Shown here in pieces: positions 13,701-27,795 of a stretch of 64,000 nucleotides of DNA; the stretch's first letter is position 1, and the number at the start of each line of letters is the position of its first letter. The DNA comes from Octopus vulgaris (Eukaryota). The stretch lies in contig OX597819.1 in NCBI GenBank assembly GCA_951406725.2, positions 71,362,001 to 71,426,000 of the forward strand, given 5' to 3'. Made by a program: the position numbers and the translations under genes. The notes beneath the pieces are model-generated. The model made no database searches. It had not been told where the DNA came from and saw nothing but the letters and a program-made list of their open reading frames with translations.

Positions 13701-14556
13701 CCAGAATAGATGCATGCATATATATGTGTGCGTATGTGTGTGTGTGTGTGTGTGTTGCAGATGAAATAGCACACACACACACACATATGTTCACATACGC
13801 ATACGGACGTATATATCGGCGTGTGTGTGTATATTAGTGTGCGTAGTTTCACCTTATATTATATGGAATCATGATGACTCTACGCCTATACAGATTCACG
13901 TGCATAAGAACAAAGCAAAACATACATGTGTGTACGTACACGAAGATAACGAAGATATGTGTACGTACAAAAGCTTTACATCGATAAAAAAAAGTCCACA
14001 ACGAACACAACAAACTATCTATGGCTTGCCTGCTTATTTTATTCATAAGATAGTTTGGGAAGTATTACTTTGTTATTTTGTTTCATGTTGCTCCAAATAG
14101 AAGACCTACATCGTATTGGCGGGGATTCCTAAAAGTGGAAGTGTGATAGTTAAGGGGGGAAAATCACAGGAAAAGTCACTAAAATGGATCTATTGTTAGG
14201 AACAGAATCCAGAATTTTCTAAGAAGAAACGATTTTTCCCTTCTTTGAAAAATTAAAAAATACCTGCATTGTTAAAGCGTAGGAAGAAAGAAGGAATAAA
14301 AATATATCAAAATAAAACAATAAAAGATAAAAGAAAGAGTTGAAACGAAGAGGATAAAAGAATTCAGAAAATTACGGTCGTCTGCAAAAATCAACGCATG
14401 CGCACCGAGGAAACAAAATGCGTATACACATATATGTATGCACATATATGCACACACACATATGTACACGCATATACACACATACACATAAACGCTAAAA
14501 AGGTAATTGGGAAGGAAATATGCAGCTTTTAGTTTTAAAGATGTACATGCAGTCAC

Positions 14557-14607
<51 letters not shown>

Positions 14608-14634
14608 TACAGACAGAGATACATACAGACAGAC

Positions 14635-14727
<93 letters not shown>

Positions 14728-14728
14728 T

Positions 14729-17480
14729 CTTTATTAGTCACACAGGGCTGCACACAGACGGGACAGGTTGCAAACTAGAGCTTTTCTTTATGGGGAGAAA
14801 AGAAACAAAAAGTAAAAAAGTGGGGTAGGTTTTCGATCAAATGGTATCGTAAAAGGGAAAGAAAAAAGAAAAGGAAAAAAAACGATCAATAGGGATCGTG
14901 TATCACAGAAATGTCATGATGTAAAGTGTAAAGGGGGAAGCAGATAGGGTTTATCCGTGGAAAGAAAAGCCTACGGAAAAGACCACGGTAATCTCGGTTA
15001 ATAGTGTCATATGTTAACATATTTGTTTGCAAGTAGGTAACCCTCTGTTTTAAATTATTCCGGGTTCATAGGATTATGCTCAAGGTGGCTTCGTCATTCA
15101 TACGTGCCATCCTTGCTACATTCACCCATCTTTTTTTGAAACATTCGCAAGACAACTTGCCTCTCTACTCTCACGTTCCTTTTCAAGTGATACTTGAAGA
15201 AGTTGATGAGAGATTGACCAGAAAGGAAAGTGTTTGTCTCCAATCCTTTCAGACGCGTCCACCAAATACATTCTTTCGCCATAGCCACAAGAATGATGAA
15301 AATAGCTCTTCCTTCCTGTTTGAAGGAAGGAGGCGTGACAATATTGACGATAGACTCAGCTGATAAACCGACTCGTCCCACACGTGACAGCAGTCGTTCG
15401 ACATAAGCCCACAGGCCGGAAATTTTTGGACACTGCACGATTGCGTGCAGAGCAGTTTCGTCGCTCTGACCGCGTCTCGGGCATGTCGACCCCGTGTTTC
15501 GCGAGCCGTGTCTGTAGAGCTTATCCCGAACGGGGTAGCGCCTCTTGGTAGCACTGCCAGGCCAGGGATCCCTGGAAGATGTCCATGGGTCCTGGCCCGA
15601 ATGTCGTCCTGAATAGGTGGGTCAGGTATTCCTCGTCGACGTGCAGGTTCGCCCAGAGCTCGTCGTCGTACCTCCCCTCCACTAATCCCCTATAGAATGC
15701 TTTGAATGTTTTGAAGTCACTCAAGGTCGACCCAGGACGGCATAGTTGCTTGAGAGCAACACGACACTCGCGGTGCCATTCGCTCTTCCTCGGCCTCTTT
15801 TTGATCCACGACTGCAGTTCGGTCATGGAGACGAGTTACAGGAAAGCGTGCCTCACAAACGGCGACCACACCTGTTCACCGTCGTCTACGAAGAGCCTGA
15901 AATATCGCAGTTACAGCGCGTGTCTGCGCATCATCAACAAAGGCATATCCAGTCCTCCTTTTAACGGGTGTTGACAGCAAATGGATCGCCTGACCATCGG
16001 GACGCATCCTTTCCACAAGAAGCGAAAGAGAATGCGTTCTAGTTTGGTGATAGTAGGGTCGGGACAAGGCACGACGTTCAGGCGGTAGTAGATGACGGAC
16101 GCGATGTACGAGTTCGCCACCTCCGCCCGACCTTTTAGGGACAGTTTCCTCTCGGTGCATTGCCGGGCGAGAGTGGCCACCGTACTCGTTATCTTGTTCC
16201 AGTTTTTCTCCATTTGGAGGTCCGGACCAAACCAGACCCCGAGCAACTCAACCGGACCGTCGGTCCAGCGTCCCACGACGGAGGCGTTGGTGGACGGTAT
16301 GGGCTTGCTTCTCCAGGTGCCGAGCCCACTGATTTTTCCCGGTTGATTTTCGCTCCTGTCGCCGCTTCGTAGTCTTTCAGTGTCTCGCCGACCAGCTTGA
16401 TGTGCTCGTGGCTAGATACTATGACGGTGACGTCGTCGGCGTATGCCGACACGCTCGTCCCGCATCCCAGTTCTCGCGAGATGCCCCTCAGAGTTGCCAG
16501 CTTCCGCAATAATGGCTCGAGAGTCAATACGTAGAGAAGCGACGAGAGGGAGCATCCCTGACAGACCGAACGTGCAATGTCGAAAGGTCTCGAAAAATGC
16601 CCATTTACGCGAATTACCGAACGGATACCTCTGTACAAAGCGGCTATTGAGCCGCGGAAGACGGGACCGAAACCAGCCGCTCTGAGCACAGCCTCCAAGT
16701 ATCGATGGTCTACCGTATCGAAAGCTTTCGATTGATCCTTAACTACCCTGTCTATGATGTAGCGCATCAGATGGAGGTTGTCATGGATGCTCAGGTCCGA
16801 CACGGCGCACGTTTGCGCCTTGTCGACCAGTTTCTCGATGACAAGCGCCAACCTCTTGGCTAAAATTTTCAAGTCTGCATTAACCAGAGTGATGGGCCTA
16901 AATTTATCAATTACATCTGCCTTGTTTAGAACTTTCTTCAGCAGTGTTACGGCTCCTCGGCTCACAAAACCAGGGATGCTCCCGTTTTGCTGCCAGTTGC
17001 AGTACACCGCTGCTAAGAAGTCTCCAAACAAGACTGGCATACAACTGTAAAGCTCGTAGGGTAGACCATCCAAACCGGCGATTTGTCCCTCGAGCATTCT
17101 GCCATCGCGTCCCGCACTTCCGCCGCCGTGATGGCACCTTCGCAGCGCCCTGCCTCTGTTGTCGAGAGTCGTGGCAGGCTGTGTAGGTAGGCACTGAAGT
17201 CCACCCCACGTTCTTGCCCGCCACACTTCTCGAACAGTCGGGCAAAATGCTGTTGAAAGGATCACACATTTTACTTGGCTCGAGTAATTCGCGCCCCTGT
17301 TCATCTACCAGAGACCGAATGGTGGCTTTGTTGCCCTGTTGCGCTTCTGCCACCCGGGCCTCTTGCGCGGCTCCAACACCTTCGTTCCTTAGAGCACGCA
17401 TCCTAGCTCTGACAACACACCCTTCGTGTTTGGCGATGAAGTGTTGGTCGAGGGCCAACCTCGCTGCTACAACGTCGGCA
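14729..17480 (-). mobile_element. Tx1/L1-clade LINE, 5'-truncated and frameshifted ORF2 (RT plus C-terminal zinc knuckle)
   Basis: ORF 16189-17304 has GLDGLPYELY, FRPITLVNADLKILAKRL, DQSKAFDTVDH, QGCSLSSLLY and SAYADD. Downstream LLGVWFG, LSLKGRAEVANSYIAS, GGLDMP and CPR.GQSDETALHAIVQCP. The 3' end aataaag abuts (TATC)n. Confidence 0.92.
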
Positions 17481-17644
17481 GACAGACATATAGATGTGTG
17501 CGTGTCTGGAGATCTCTTCATATAGTAACCCCCATGAACATATGTAGAGCAACGGAGACAGAATAAGGTTTAAGGAAGATAATGAACTAAGGAGACAATG
17601 AAATATTCATTTATTTTGTGAATGTCTCATTATCAATGTGTCTA

Positions 17645-17691
<47 letters not shown>

Positions 17692-17699
17692 GTCTATCT

Positions 17700-17899
17700 A
17701 TCTTTTACTTGTTTCAGTCTTTAGACTGTGGCTATAATGGGGCAATCCTTGAAGAAATTTTTTGTTGAATGAATCGACGTCATCGCTTGCTTTTGTAAGC
17801 CTGGTACTTATTGTATCGGTTTCTTTTGCCGAACAACTAAGTTATGGAGATGTAGACATAGCAACACCAGTTGTCATGTGGGGGTAGTGGACAAACACA

Positions 17900-17969
<70 letters not shown>

Positions 17970-18050
17970 TACACACATACAAACGACGTTTCCGTCAACC
18001 AAATCCACTCACAAGGCTTTGGTCGGTCGGAGCTTATAGAAGACACTCCA
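17700..18050 (-). mobile_element. Family A SINE lacking its head, internal (CA)n
   Basis: tcttttacttgtttcagtc...aaatccactcacaaggctttggtcgg matches the other copies. Confidence 0.75.
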
Positions 18051-18356
18051 TAGAGGAGTCAGCGTAAGTTAAAAAATAAACCGCGATAGGTGAACGGCGA
18101 TATGGCGAGGGGTTACTGTATGACTGTTCCTTTATATATAAGATCAACAAAAGCGAGAGATGAATATCATTTAGTATACATAGGATTTAATTGTGAGCTA
18201 CTATTATTTTCGTTTGTTTGCGTCCCTCATTGGGCTGCGGCCATGCTGGGGTACCACCTTGCTGGGTTTAGTCGAACAAGTCAAACCATGTACAATATTC
18301 TAATGTCTGGTATTTATTCTATCATTCTCTATTTACCAAGCCGCTATGTTACAGGA

Positions 18357-18677
18357 GTGAAGGTGCGTAGCTCAGTGGTCAGGTTATTCGGCTTACGATC
18401 GTCAGGTCATGAGTTCAATTCCTGGCAGCGTATTGTATGCTTGAGCAAGACACTTCATTTCATATTGTCCCTGTTGATTCAGCTGGCAAAAATGAGCAGT
18501 ACCTGTATGTGAAATGGGCCAGCCCTATCACATTCTGTATCACGCTGACTCTCTGAGAACCTCGTTGAGTGTACGCATTTGTGAAGTGCTCAGGTATTTG
18601 CACGTTAATTTCTCGAGGAGGCGGCCCCGTCGATGGGATCAACGAGAACGCTCGTCGTCGTAACCGACGGAGTACCA
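18357..18677 (+). mobile_element. tRNA-derived SINE family C
   Basis: tRNA-like head (tagctcagtgg...gagttcaattcc), CORE-like cttgagcaagacactt, and a 3' tail cgtcgtaaccgacggagtacc shared with family D. Another copy at 41183-41405. Confidence 0.75.
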
Positions 18678-19041
18678 GTTTTCAGTATTTGTCGTTTAGC
18701 TAATCCCTACTGCTGCTTTAGTATATATGTACTGATTACATCTCGTAATCGTTGTTTACCAACATTTTAATTTAGACTTGTTTGATAAGTAGAACAGACG
18801 ACAATAAAGAATGGAAAGACAGAAGACAAAGGATCTAAGAAAAGCTATAGAAATGGAGTGAAGAGAGAAGAATAACGATCAAGGTTCGAACAGCTTTTGT
18901 GACAATAACGCTGCGGAAATTAACTTGTTAAACGAAGCCTTTACTGATTGGGTAGAATAAGCTGCTGTGATCGGATGAAGGGTGGCATTCTAATTGGACA
19001 CAAACTGGCATTCTGCTATAGGAAGTGATAGATAGACAGAC

Positions 19042-19174
<133 letters not shown>

Positions 19175-19443
19175 TAGAGAGATAGATAGATAGACAAATA
19201 GATAAATAGATTGATAGATAGATAGAGAGATAAATAGATGGATAGATAAATAGATAGATAAATTGATTGATATATCAATAGGTAGGTAGATATATAGATA
19301 GATGAATAAATAAATGGATAGAGACAGACAGAGAGAGACAGAGAGAACGACGGAGAGAGAAAGAGAACGAAAGTGGGAGAGATATTTTGGTGTATACAAA
19401 GAATTTGAGTGACAGAAGTAAAGATGAATGGGTAGTATTACGA

Positions 19444-19817
19444 CGGCACTTCGTCGGTTACGAGGCGTGGGTTTCAGTTGATCCGATCAACGAAACAGCC
19501 GGCTCATGAAATTAATGTGCAAGTGGCTGAACACTCCACAGACCCATAGCGTAGTTCTCGGGGAGATTCAGCGTGACACAAGGTGTGACAAGGCTGGCCC
19601 TTTCAAATACAGGTACAACAGAAACAGGAAGAAAGAGTGAGAGAAAGTTGTAGCGAAAGAGTACAGCTGGGTTCGACCCCATCCACCCGCCGGAGCCTTG
19701 TGGAGCGTTAGGTGTTTTTTGGCTCAATAAACACTCACAACACCCGGTCTGGGAATCGAAACTACAATCCTATGACCGCGAGTCCGCTGCCCTAACAACT
19801 GGGCCATTGCGCCTCCG
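19444..19817 (-). mobile_element. tRNA-derived SINE family D
   Basis: Colinear with 28390-28766. Head shared with 45420-45700. Confidence 0.85.
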
Positions 19818-20144
19818 GTAGTAATAATAGAGAGGGCGAAGAAAGACGACACAAGTCCAAGTTAGGAATATAAGGCTTTAACTACATATTCCTTTCTTTC
19901 TCTCTTTCTACACACACACACATACACACACACGCATACAAACACAGGTACACACAGGCACACACACGTGCACATGCACCCACACACGTACACACACACA
20001 CACACGCACACATACACGCACATACACACATGCACGCAACACACACACACACAAACACACAGAAGCGCAGTCACACACACATGCATACACACGCACTCAC
20101 ACATACATACATATTTCTGCAGCTGAGACAATCTGTTTTTGTTC

Positions 20145-20340
20145 ATTCTCTGAGATTTCTCGGTCATGTGACGAGGAAAGAGGGGCCGGTGATTGTAGCG
20201 ATGGCCCGAATAAGTGAATGAAGAAACCGAGGAAGGAAAAGGATGATGAGCAGGTCAAGCTTGACGAAGTGGTTCAAAGAAACAAGCATTAAATATCAGG
20301 AAGAGGCGAATTGTGGCAGAACATGATCGCCTATATCATA
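20145..20340 (+). mobile_element. RTE-like LINE C-terminal remnant
   Basis: LRFLGHVTRKEG...RNRGRKR...SLTKW...LWQNMIAY, the typical RTE ending. Confidence 0.6.
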
Positions 20341-20362
20341 TATTCTGGACAGAGCATCCATG

Positions 20363-20429
<67 letters not shown>

Positions 20430-20612
20430 ATATTCCGTTATTCTTTTACTTGTTTCAGTTATTTGACTGTAGCCATGCTGGAGCACCGCCTTTAGTCGAA
20501 CAAATCGACCCCAGTACTTATTCCCTCTGTTTTGCTGAACTGCTAAGTTACGGGCTCGTAAACACATCAACATCACTTGTCAAGCGATGGTTGGGCAAGA
20601 AAAACATACACG

Positions 20613-20664
<52 letters not shown>

Positions 20665-20833
20665 TAGATAGATAGACAGACAGACATATAGATAAATAGA
20701 TAGATACATAGAAAAGAGAGATACGATAGAAAAATGGACGGACGGACAGACAGAAATAGACAGAGAGACAGGCCGATAGATAGATAAATTAATATATACA
20801 CATATATATTTGTGTGCGTTTGCGTTGGTATAC

Positions 20834-20916
<83 letters not shown>

Positions 20917-20922
20917 TTGTGT

Positions 20923-20967
<45 letters not shown>

Positions 20968-21469
20968 AAGAACAGAAGTGCAGAAGCCCCCACATTCGGA
21001 CGCAGCTAATATTGTGAACGTTATGCAGCTGCTATACATATACAAATTGCAGAACGCCGCATAAAATTTTTATCCGTTGATTTCCGTTTTGATTGCATAT
21101 AGAGAACTCATAACAAAAAATGTTCCCCCGACTCATCGGCAAATCTTTCGACATCACACTCCAATCACTAAATGAGATGAATACATGCAAGCAGACACAC
21201 ACTCACACACACATACATACACACGCGCGCACACAAGCACATAAACGCGCTCGCACACGCACATTAATTGGTAGCACGATATATTGGTACATATGCTTAG
21301 AAATATGAGAAATACAAATCAATAAATTGAAGTGGAACATATTAATTTCATTAACCGAGAAAAGCTACAGTGACTCAGGGGACCTGCAGTTTCGTGTCAA
21401 TGTACTTATCAAGATTATGATCGTACTGGACGAAACTCTTCGCACTTAAGTCACTATAGCTTCACGAGC

Positions 21470-21522
<53 letters not shown>

Positions 21523-21739
21523 TATTTCTTGTGCGTTCCGCTACATACACCACTGCTACTGATGAATTTATTGATCCACAGTGTTTCATCCAAGAAGTAT
21601 TGTGCTGAAGCAGCGAATTGCAGCGGAACGCACACTGCAGAGGATGCTGGGATGCAATGATGCAAATAACCACGATGGTGAAAAGTATGTAGGGAACAAA
21701 TGATATAAACTGCTTTTTGTGTTTATCATAAATTTTCTA

Positions 21740-21770
<31 letters not shown>

Positions 21771-21771
21771 T

Positions 21772-21805
<34 letters not shown>

Positions 21806-21821
21806 TGTATGTATGTATGCA

Positions 21822-22842
21822 TTTTTCATTCGGGGGAACAAAAATGTCGCAGGGAGCAAGATCGAGTGAATAGGGAGTGTGAGTAATCGAGGTTATGCCA
21901 ATTTTAGTCAAAAGCTGTCTCACACTCAAGGTGATGTGCGCATGCGCATTTTCGTGATGAAACCACCACTCTCCACTTTGCCAATGTTCGGGGCGTTTTC
22001 GTCTCACCGCGTCTCGCAAATGCTTCAGAACTGCCAAGCAAAATGTCTGGCTAACAATTTGACCAGGTGGAACAAATTCTCTGCGAAAAATTCCTCTCGC
22101 GTTGATGAAACAAATTAGCATCACCTTGATATTGGACTTCACTTGACGCGCTTGTGCGGGGCGTGGTGACATAGAATGCTTCCATTAACTTGATTGCTGC
22201 TTTGTTTCCAGGTTGTAGCCCTAGCAGTCGTGACTGGTTTTTATCTTCCGTGAGCAAGAGAAGCACAAATTTTGCTGCAACTCTTTTCATTCGCAATTCC
22301 TCGCTCAAACTTCGTTGGTAGGAGCTCCAGGAACATCATTCATATCAACAAGTTCGTCAAATTTCGGCGACAGTCCTTCAAGATCAGTTCATGAATTTAC
22401 GTGATGTTTTCATTTGTTCGGGAGGTCGATGGTTCCACCGAATGACGTTGGTCTTCAAGCGACAAGTGACTATCGCTAAAGCATGAAAACAACATGTAAA
22501 CTTGTGTTTTTGGTGTGTGTGTGTTGTGTTTTGCTCATGGTAACGTCCTTGTAATCTGTTTGAAGCATGACAACACTTTCGGCTTCCATTTTACCCAGCA
22601 GAAATCAAAATTCCACGGAGGCACGCTGTTCCTTCGTTTTAGCCATCGCAAAACCTGACGAACAGGGGAGAAGCATTCCAAAACAAAGACACAGCTCGTG
22701 ACAGTGCGACCGCACACGAGCATGCCGGTCATTAGACTGATCCCTTAGGATCGCATCAAGTGGCTTCTAATGGCGGAAGGCTTAACTGCAATGGACTTGT
22801 CCCACAGAGAACGTTTCTGATTACTTTTGGGTACCTCCTCGT
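21822..22842 (-). mobile_element. Decayed mariner transposon: left TIR plus transposase pseudogene, 3' end lost in (ATGT)n
   Basis: KRVAAKFV, SPRP..ARQVKSNIKVML, EFVPPGQ, RRKRP, HHENAHAH and PYSLDLAPCD (mariner YSPDLAPxD). TIR-like acgaggaggtacccaaaagtaa starts at 22842. Confidence 0.9.
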
Positions 22843-22866
22843 TTCTGTGTGTATATATATATATAT

Positions 22867-23331
22867 AGCAATAATAATTCTCTAAACGAGATATAGACAG
22901 TAACTGCTCCATCACATAAGGGACATTAGCCATTTGAATGTGGCTAGGGACAGGGCAGGGCGGTGGGGGTGTTACTGATGCATTTAGCCCCAGGCGATCA
23001 TCAACGTCACCAGATAGGCTGACACCATCACGGTGTCCTCTATCCTGCAAAGGGAGATCATTCCCTGAAGAAGCGGATGCCACATACGGACCCAGGTTTC
23101 AAGGTATTTGCCTATCGTCAACGTATGGCAGGCACCGCTCCTCGACGAACAACTTCCTGTGCAGGATATTTATATATAGATTTTCACGTAAATACATTTA
23201 CTGATTTCGAAAATCTGTTCGACAGCAATAATAATTCTCTAAACGAGATATAGACAGTAACTGCTCCATCACATAAGGGACATTAGCCATTTGAATGTGG
23301 CTAGGGACAGGGCAGGGCGGTGGGGGTGTTA

Positions 23332-23336
<5 letters not shown>
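22867..23336 (+). mobile_element. 1.3 copies of a 357-bp unit (113-bp direct repeats) between (TA)n arrays; candidate retrozyme or PLE pLTR
   Basis: 22867-22979 appears identical to 23224-23336. CTGAAGA at 23065-23071 and a degenerate GAAA-ATCT-GTT at 23209-23219. Confidence 0.7.
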
Positions 23337-23409
<73 letters not shown>

Positions 23410-23729
23410 CGTGTGTATGTGTGTATGCTTAACATGCATACATACATATACATACGTATTTCCGTACGTAGATACACATACATAAATATATGTGTGTCTG
23501 TTTATTTTTGTCCGTATGCCTTAGTGCGTATGTGTGCGTGTAGAATGTAATTTGTTTATAAAACATCGCCATTTTGGTACGTGGTATTGCTATGATAATT
23601 GGTACTTTTTTACCAACCTCAGAGATATGAAAGGCAAATCTTTGGTGAAATATTAGATTAGGCAAGCATTGGAATCAATTTTCGACTCCTGTCTTCATCT
23701 TGTTCTTAACGCATTTTCCAAATTCTTTA

Positions 23730-24455
23730 TTCTCTGAGTTCAAATCGTGTAGGGGTCAACTCTGCATTTTATCCTTCTGACATCTTTAAAGTAAATACCA
23801 CTCAAGTTGATGATATACCCAAATTTCAACCCTTGAAATTTGCTGGCCTTGTGCCTGTAATTACAAGCGAATAAAGGCAGCAAGCTGGCAGAATCATTAG
23901 TGCGTCGAACAAAATGTTTTGTTATATTTCTTCCAGCCTTATACTTTATAAGTTCAAATAATACGGAGGTCAACTTTGCTTTTCAGTACTCCAGCGTCGG
24001 TAAAGTAACAGTCACATACTGAGTTCAATGGTGTCAACTATCAATCAACCACAATCCCTCAAAATTACTGGCTTTGTGTCTTAATAGCAATTTTAGGCCA
24101 TGGGCAGCGTGGTAAAAATGACTTGTGATATTTGTTTCGGTTCTTTCCGTTCTGAGTTCAAACACCACCGATGTCACAGCGGCCTTTCATCTTTTGGTGG
24201 TCGAGAAAATAAATTACTGGGGATAGATTTATATTAATTTAATAGATTTCCTCCCAAAATCAGAATAAAAAGGGTGGCACGATAACATGAAGCGTCAGTA
24301 CATAACAATTGTTAGCAGCATTTCGTCCGTCTGAGTTCAAATTCTGACGCCGTCGACTTTACCATTCATCCCTTTCGGGGTCGATAAAATAAGTACTGTT
24401 GAGCGCTGAGGTTGATTTAATCGACTTATCCCCACCCTCATAATTTCAAGCCTTC
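23730..24455. mobile_element. Cluster of 3-4 decayed family E SINE copies
   Basis: Repeated gagttcaaa...gtc(g/a)actttgc(c)tttca...ggtcgataaaataagtac segments. Confidence 0.65.
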
Positions 24456-24456
24456 T

Positions 24457-24975
24457 TGCCATCAAAGTAACGCTGGGGTACAAATATACGAAACCCGATA
24501 TACCCATCATGACCATCGTCTGATAAGTGTACACCAGACGCGCGCATTCCAACCATATACGCACGACAGGGTGATTTTGTATAAAGATAAGCAGCGCATG
24601 ACCTTGCAGATAGGGACCAGTTAGAATTTTATTCAGGTCGAGTAGCCTATCCTGCTCACAAAGTCCTTGAATGAATTTTTTTTTAAGGTTGATGGTTGAA
24701 ACAGCCATGTTTCCAGCCATTATTCAAGACCCAAAGAAACCCTCTCAACATATGGCTATGATTCTCCCCTACTACTTCTGCTCGTGATCAGAGATGCATA
24801 TATCGTCAGCCACTATGGGACATGCTCAACTGGTTGAGGTGAAGCAACTGACAAGCAAACTTGTGGTATTGAGCAGAATATTTGCTGTTGTTCATTTTTT
24901 ATATCAAGACAAAGCAATGTACGATAACATTTCCAATCAGTTAAGATCAAAAGCCATGAAAGCCACTGCTTGGTT
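24457..24975. mobile_element. Family B repeat, second copy
   Basis: Colinear with 7540-8026 and followed by (TTA)n. Confidence 0.8.
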
Positions 24976-26261
24976 TATTATTATTATTACTGTTGTTGCT
25001 GTTGTTGTTTCATGAAGGCCAATGTAAGTATTGACTGCTGGAAAATAAGAATATTGTCTGTTTTCTTCAGGTCTATAAACATCAAATAAAACGTGAAGTT
25101 CTAAAAAATGCTGACTTTTATATGGCTTTAATATTTGTTTTTGCGTGGTGGAATGGAATCTATTTGAGGACTGAGGCTAGATTTCTTCGACTATTATTGA
25201 TGTCACACAATGTCTCTACATTCTTAGCTCCAAATTCCGACCAGTTATCAATTTTCTTTAATACTCTGTAGAAAATATCACCGTCTCCGAGTGAACAATT
25301 ATTGATTGTAATAACTTGTTTGATTATTTATCGATAACCACATCATCATCTTCGTCGTCATTTTCATTGTCATCACCATTATCATCGTCATCATCAACAA
25401 GTCCTGAACATTACTATTTCGAATCCTAAGGCTCGTGACATCGGCCACCCGGTTTCCATAGCGTATAGAGCAAGGTCACATTTTCCCTTGAAAGGAAGTC
25501 AGTCCTTGTCTCAAAGATAATCATTTACAATTGGTTGAACTGAAGCAATGTAAAATGGAGATCAGCAACACAATGCACCACCCGGCTTGAGAATGGAAAC
25601 CACAATATTGCAATCGTGATCGCAGCACACCATCCACAAGGCCACCGTCCTTCATTTTCCTACAATATCAGCTCTGCTTTATTCAGCGATATGCTATTTT
25701 CCACTACAACGCTTTAAATCCTATATCGGAAACATTTCTCCGAGTTTTGTAATGTCCACATTCCAGATGTTTCAGTCAATAGACTGAGGCTGCGCTGGAG
25801 TGCCGCTGTGAAGGGTTTTAGGCGAATAAATCAACCCAACTATTCATTCCTTGTAAAGTCTGATAGTTGTTCTACAAGAGGTGTAAAGGGGGACAAACAC
25901 AGACGCAAAGAAACACATATTTATATACATACAGACAAACAAACACAAACATACACACGTATATTTACAAAATTTAATATACAGAAAAGTAAAAGTGGTA
26001 GTATCGTTGCCGCGTCAGTTAAAAGTGCTTAGCGGCATTTCTTGACATTACATCCTGAGATCAAATGCCACCGAGGCCGACTTTGCATTTCATCCTTTTG
26101 GGGGTCTATGGAATAAGTACCACTTGAACACTGGGGTCGATATAATCAACTTACCCCCTCCCTTGAAATGGCTGGCTGTGTACCAAAATTTGGAACCTAT
26201 ATAGAGTGTTAAGAACTTTTCATAAAAGAATTGAAACTTAACAAACAGAATGATTAAATAT

Positions 26262-26407
26262 AGGCGCAGGAGTGGCTATGTGGTAAGAAGCTTGCTTCCC
26301 GACCACATGGTTCCGGGTTCAGTCCCACTGCGTGGCACCTTGGTCTTGAACTATAGCCTCGGGCCTTGTGAGTGTATTTGGTAGACGGAAACTGAAAGAA
26401 GACTGTC

Positions 26408-26410
<3 letters not shown>
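26262..26410 (+). mobile_element. Family A SINE head ending in its internal (TA)n
   Basis: aggcgcaggagtggctatgtggtaagaagcttgc...gtggcaccttgg...ggtagacggaaactgaaagaag. Confidence 0.85.
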
Positions 26411-26454
<44 letters not shown>

Positions 26455-26655
26455 TAACAATAAAGGGTGAAATTAATTAATTTGGAATAATTATTAATTA
26501 CACCAAGTAGATTTCGGCATGTAAAAGCCTCATTCGAGGAAAATTTAAGTAATACTAAGCAATTAAGGGTTTAGCAACGAATTGCCTCACCACACACCGA
26601 ATTTAGAAATAGCAGTCAAAGAGTTATAGCTATTCTTTCTACTAAAAATTCTTTC

Positions 26656-26715
<60 letters not shown>

Positions 26716-26716
<1 letters not shown>

Positions 26717-27455
26717 GCGGTCAAGAATCCGACTGATATCCTAAGACTGCAGAATGACATGAAAGCAATATATGAATGGGCTGATGAGAATAATATGCAG
26801 TTCAATGCTGCAAAATTTCAAGCACTCTGCTATCACCCCAGAAACAAACTACAACTGAAGTACACAGGACCAGCAGGCAATGTAATCCCATAGTTAGAGT
26901 CGGTGCGTGACCTGAGAATCTACATGAGCAACGACGCAACTTCCCATGTGCACATTGCTCAGATAGCAATTCTGTGCAGGCGGGTGGCAGGCTGGATCTG
27001 TTAATCCTTCAGGACCAGGTACAAAGACACAATGCTTCTGCTTTGGGGAACCTTTGTCCCCAGTCGTCAGGACTACTGCTCCCAACTGTGGTTCCGACAG
27101 AGTGTAAAACTAATTGTGGAACAACGTCACTATACAAAGAAGATAAACTCAGTAAAACACATGGGCTACTGGGGAGGTTGAGGGAAATACATAGTGCTAT
27201 ACATATGGGAAATAATGGAGGGTCTAGCTCCAAATTTCGGAATCGAAATCTACAACAGAACGGCACTGTACAGTACCAAAGGTCCCATCTCCATCGACGA
27301 TACGAATCCAATATTGCAATAGCTTGAAATTCAAGGGACCACAACATTGTAATGCCCGACCACAGGTGTAGACAGAAAAGTCTTCAAAAAACGTCTAGAC
27401 ACATATTTATCTGCAATTCCGGATGAACCCATATCGCTGCAACATCCAACTCACT
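26716..27455 (+). mobile_element. CR1-clade LINE 3' remnant (RT C-terminus)
   Basis: LQNDMKAIYEWADENNMQFNAAKFQAL, ESVRDLRIYMS, SFRTR, DYCSQLW and FKKRLDTYLSAIPDEP. Confidence 0.85.
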
Positions 27456-27460
27456 GCTTC

Positions 27461-27795
27461 AGGGCGAAATGCTTAGCGGTATTTCATCTACCGTTACGTT
27501 CTGCGTTCAAATTTCGCCGGGGTCGACTTTGCCTTTCATTATTTCAGGGTTGATAAATTAAGTGGCTGTTGTGTAGTGGGGTCGATCTAATCGTCTGCCT
27601 CTCCCTACAAACTTCAGGCCTTGTGCCTATAATAGAAGGGATTATTATTATTGTTGTTATTCCGCTGAAGTTGACTTTACTTTTCATACTTTCAGGTCGA
27701 TAGAATATATACCATTTCGACATTGGGGTCAATGCTATCGGTCATTTTACCCGCTTCTCCGAAATTGCTGGCCTTGTGTCAAATTTTGAGACCAT
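27461..27795 (+). mobile_element. Two partial family E SINEs
   Basis: gggcgaaatgcttagcggtatttc...gtcgactttgcctttcat, repeated in part at about 27665. Confidence 0.75.

Noticed and set aside
18357-18430. tRNA-like sequences at SINE heads (also near 19745-19817, 38079, 45420)
   Set aside because: They continue into SINE bodies and lack intact cloverleaves, so they are not tRNA genes.
21378-21415. Minus-strand TTGATAA gtacattgacac GAAA CTGCAG GTC as a U3-A8 hammerhead
   Set aside because: Single copy with no stem I pairing and an imperfect stem II. The changes may be simple decay, so it is kept only as a weak candidate.
26500-26545. Minus-strand TCGAATGA ggc..gcc GAAA motif
   Set aside because: Core spacing is wrong and there is no palindromic stem III or clear UH site.
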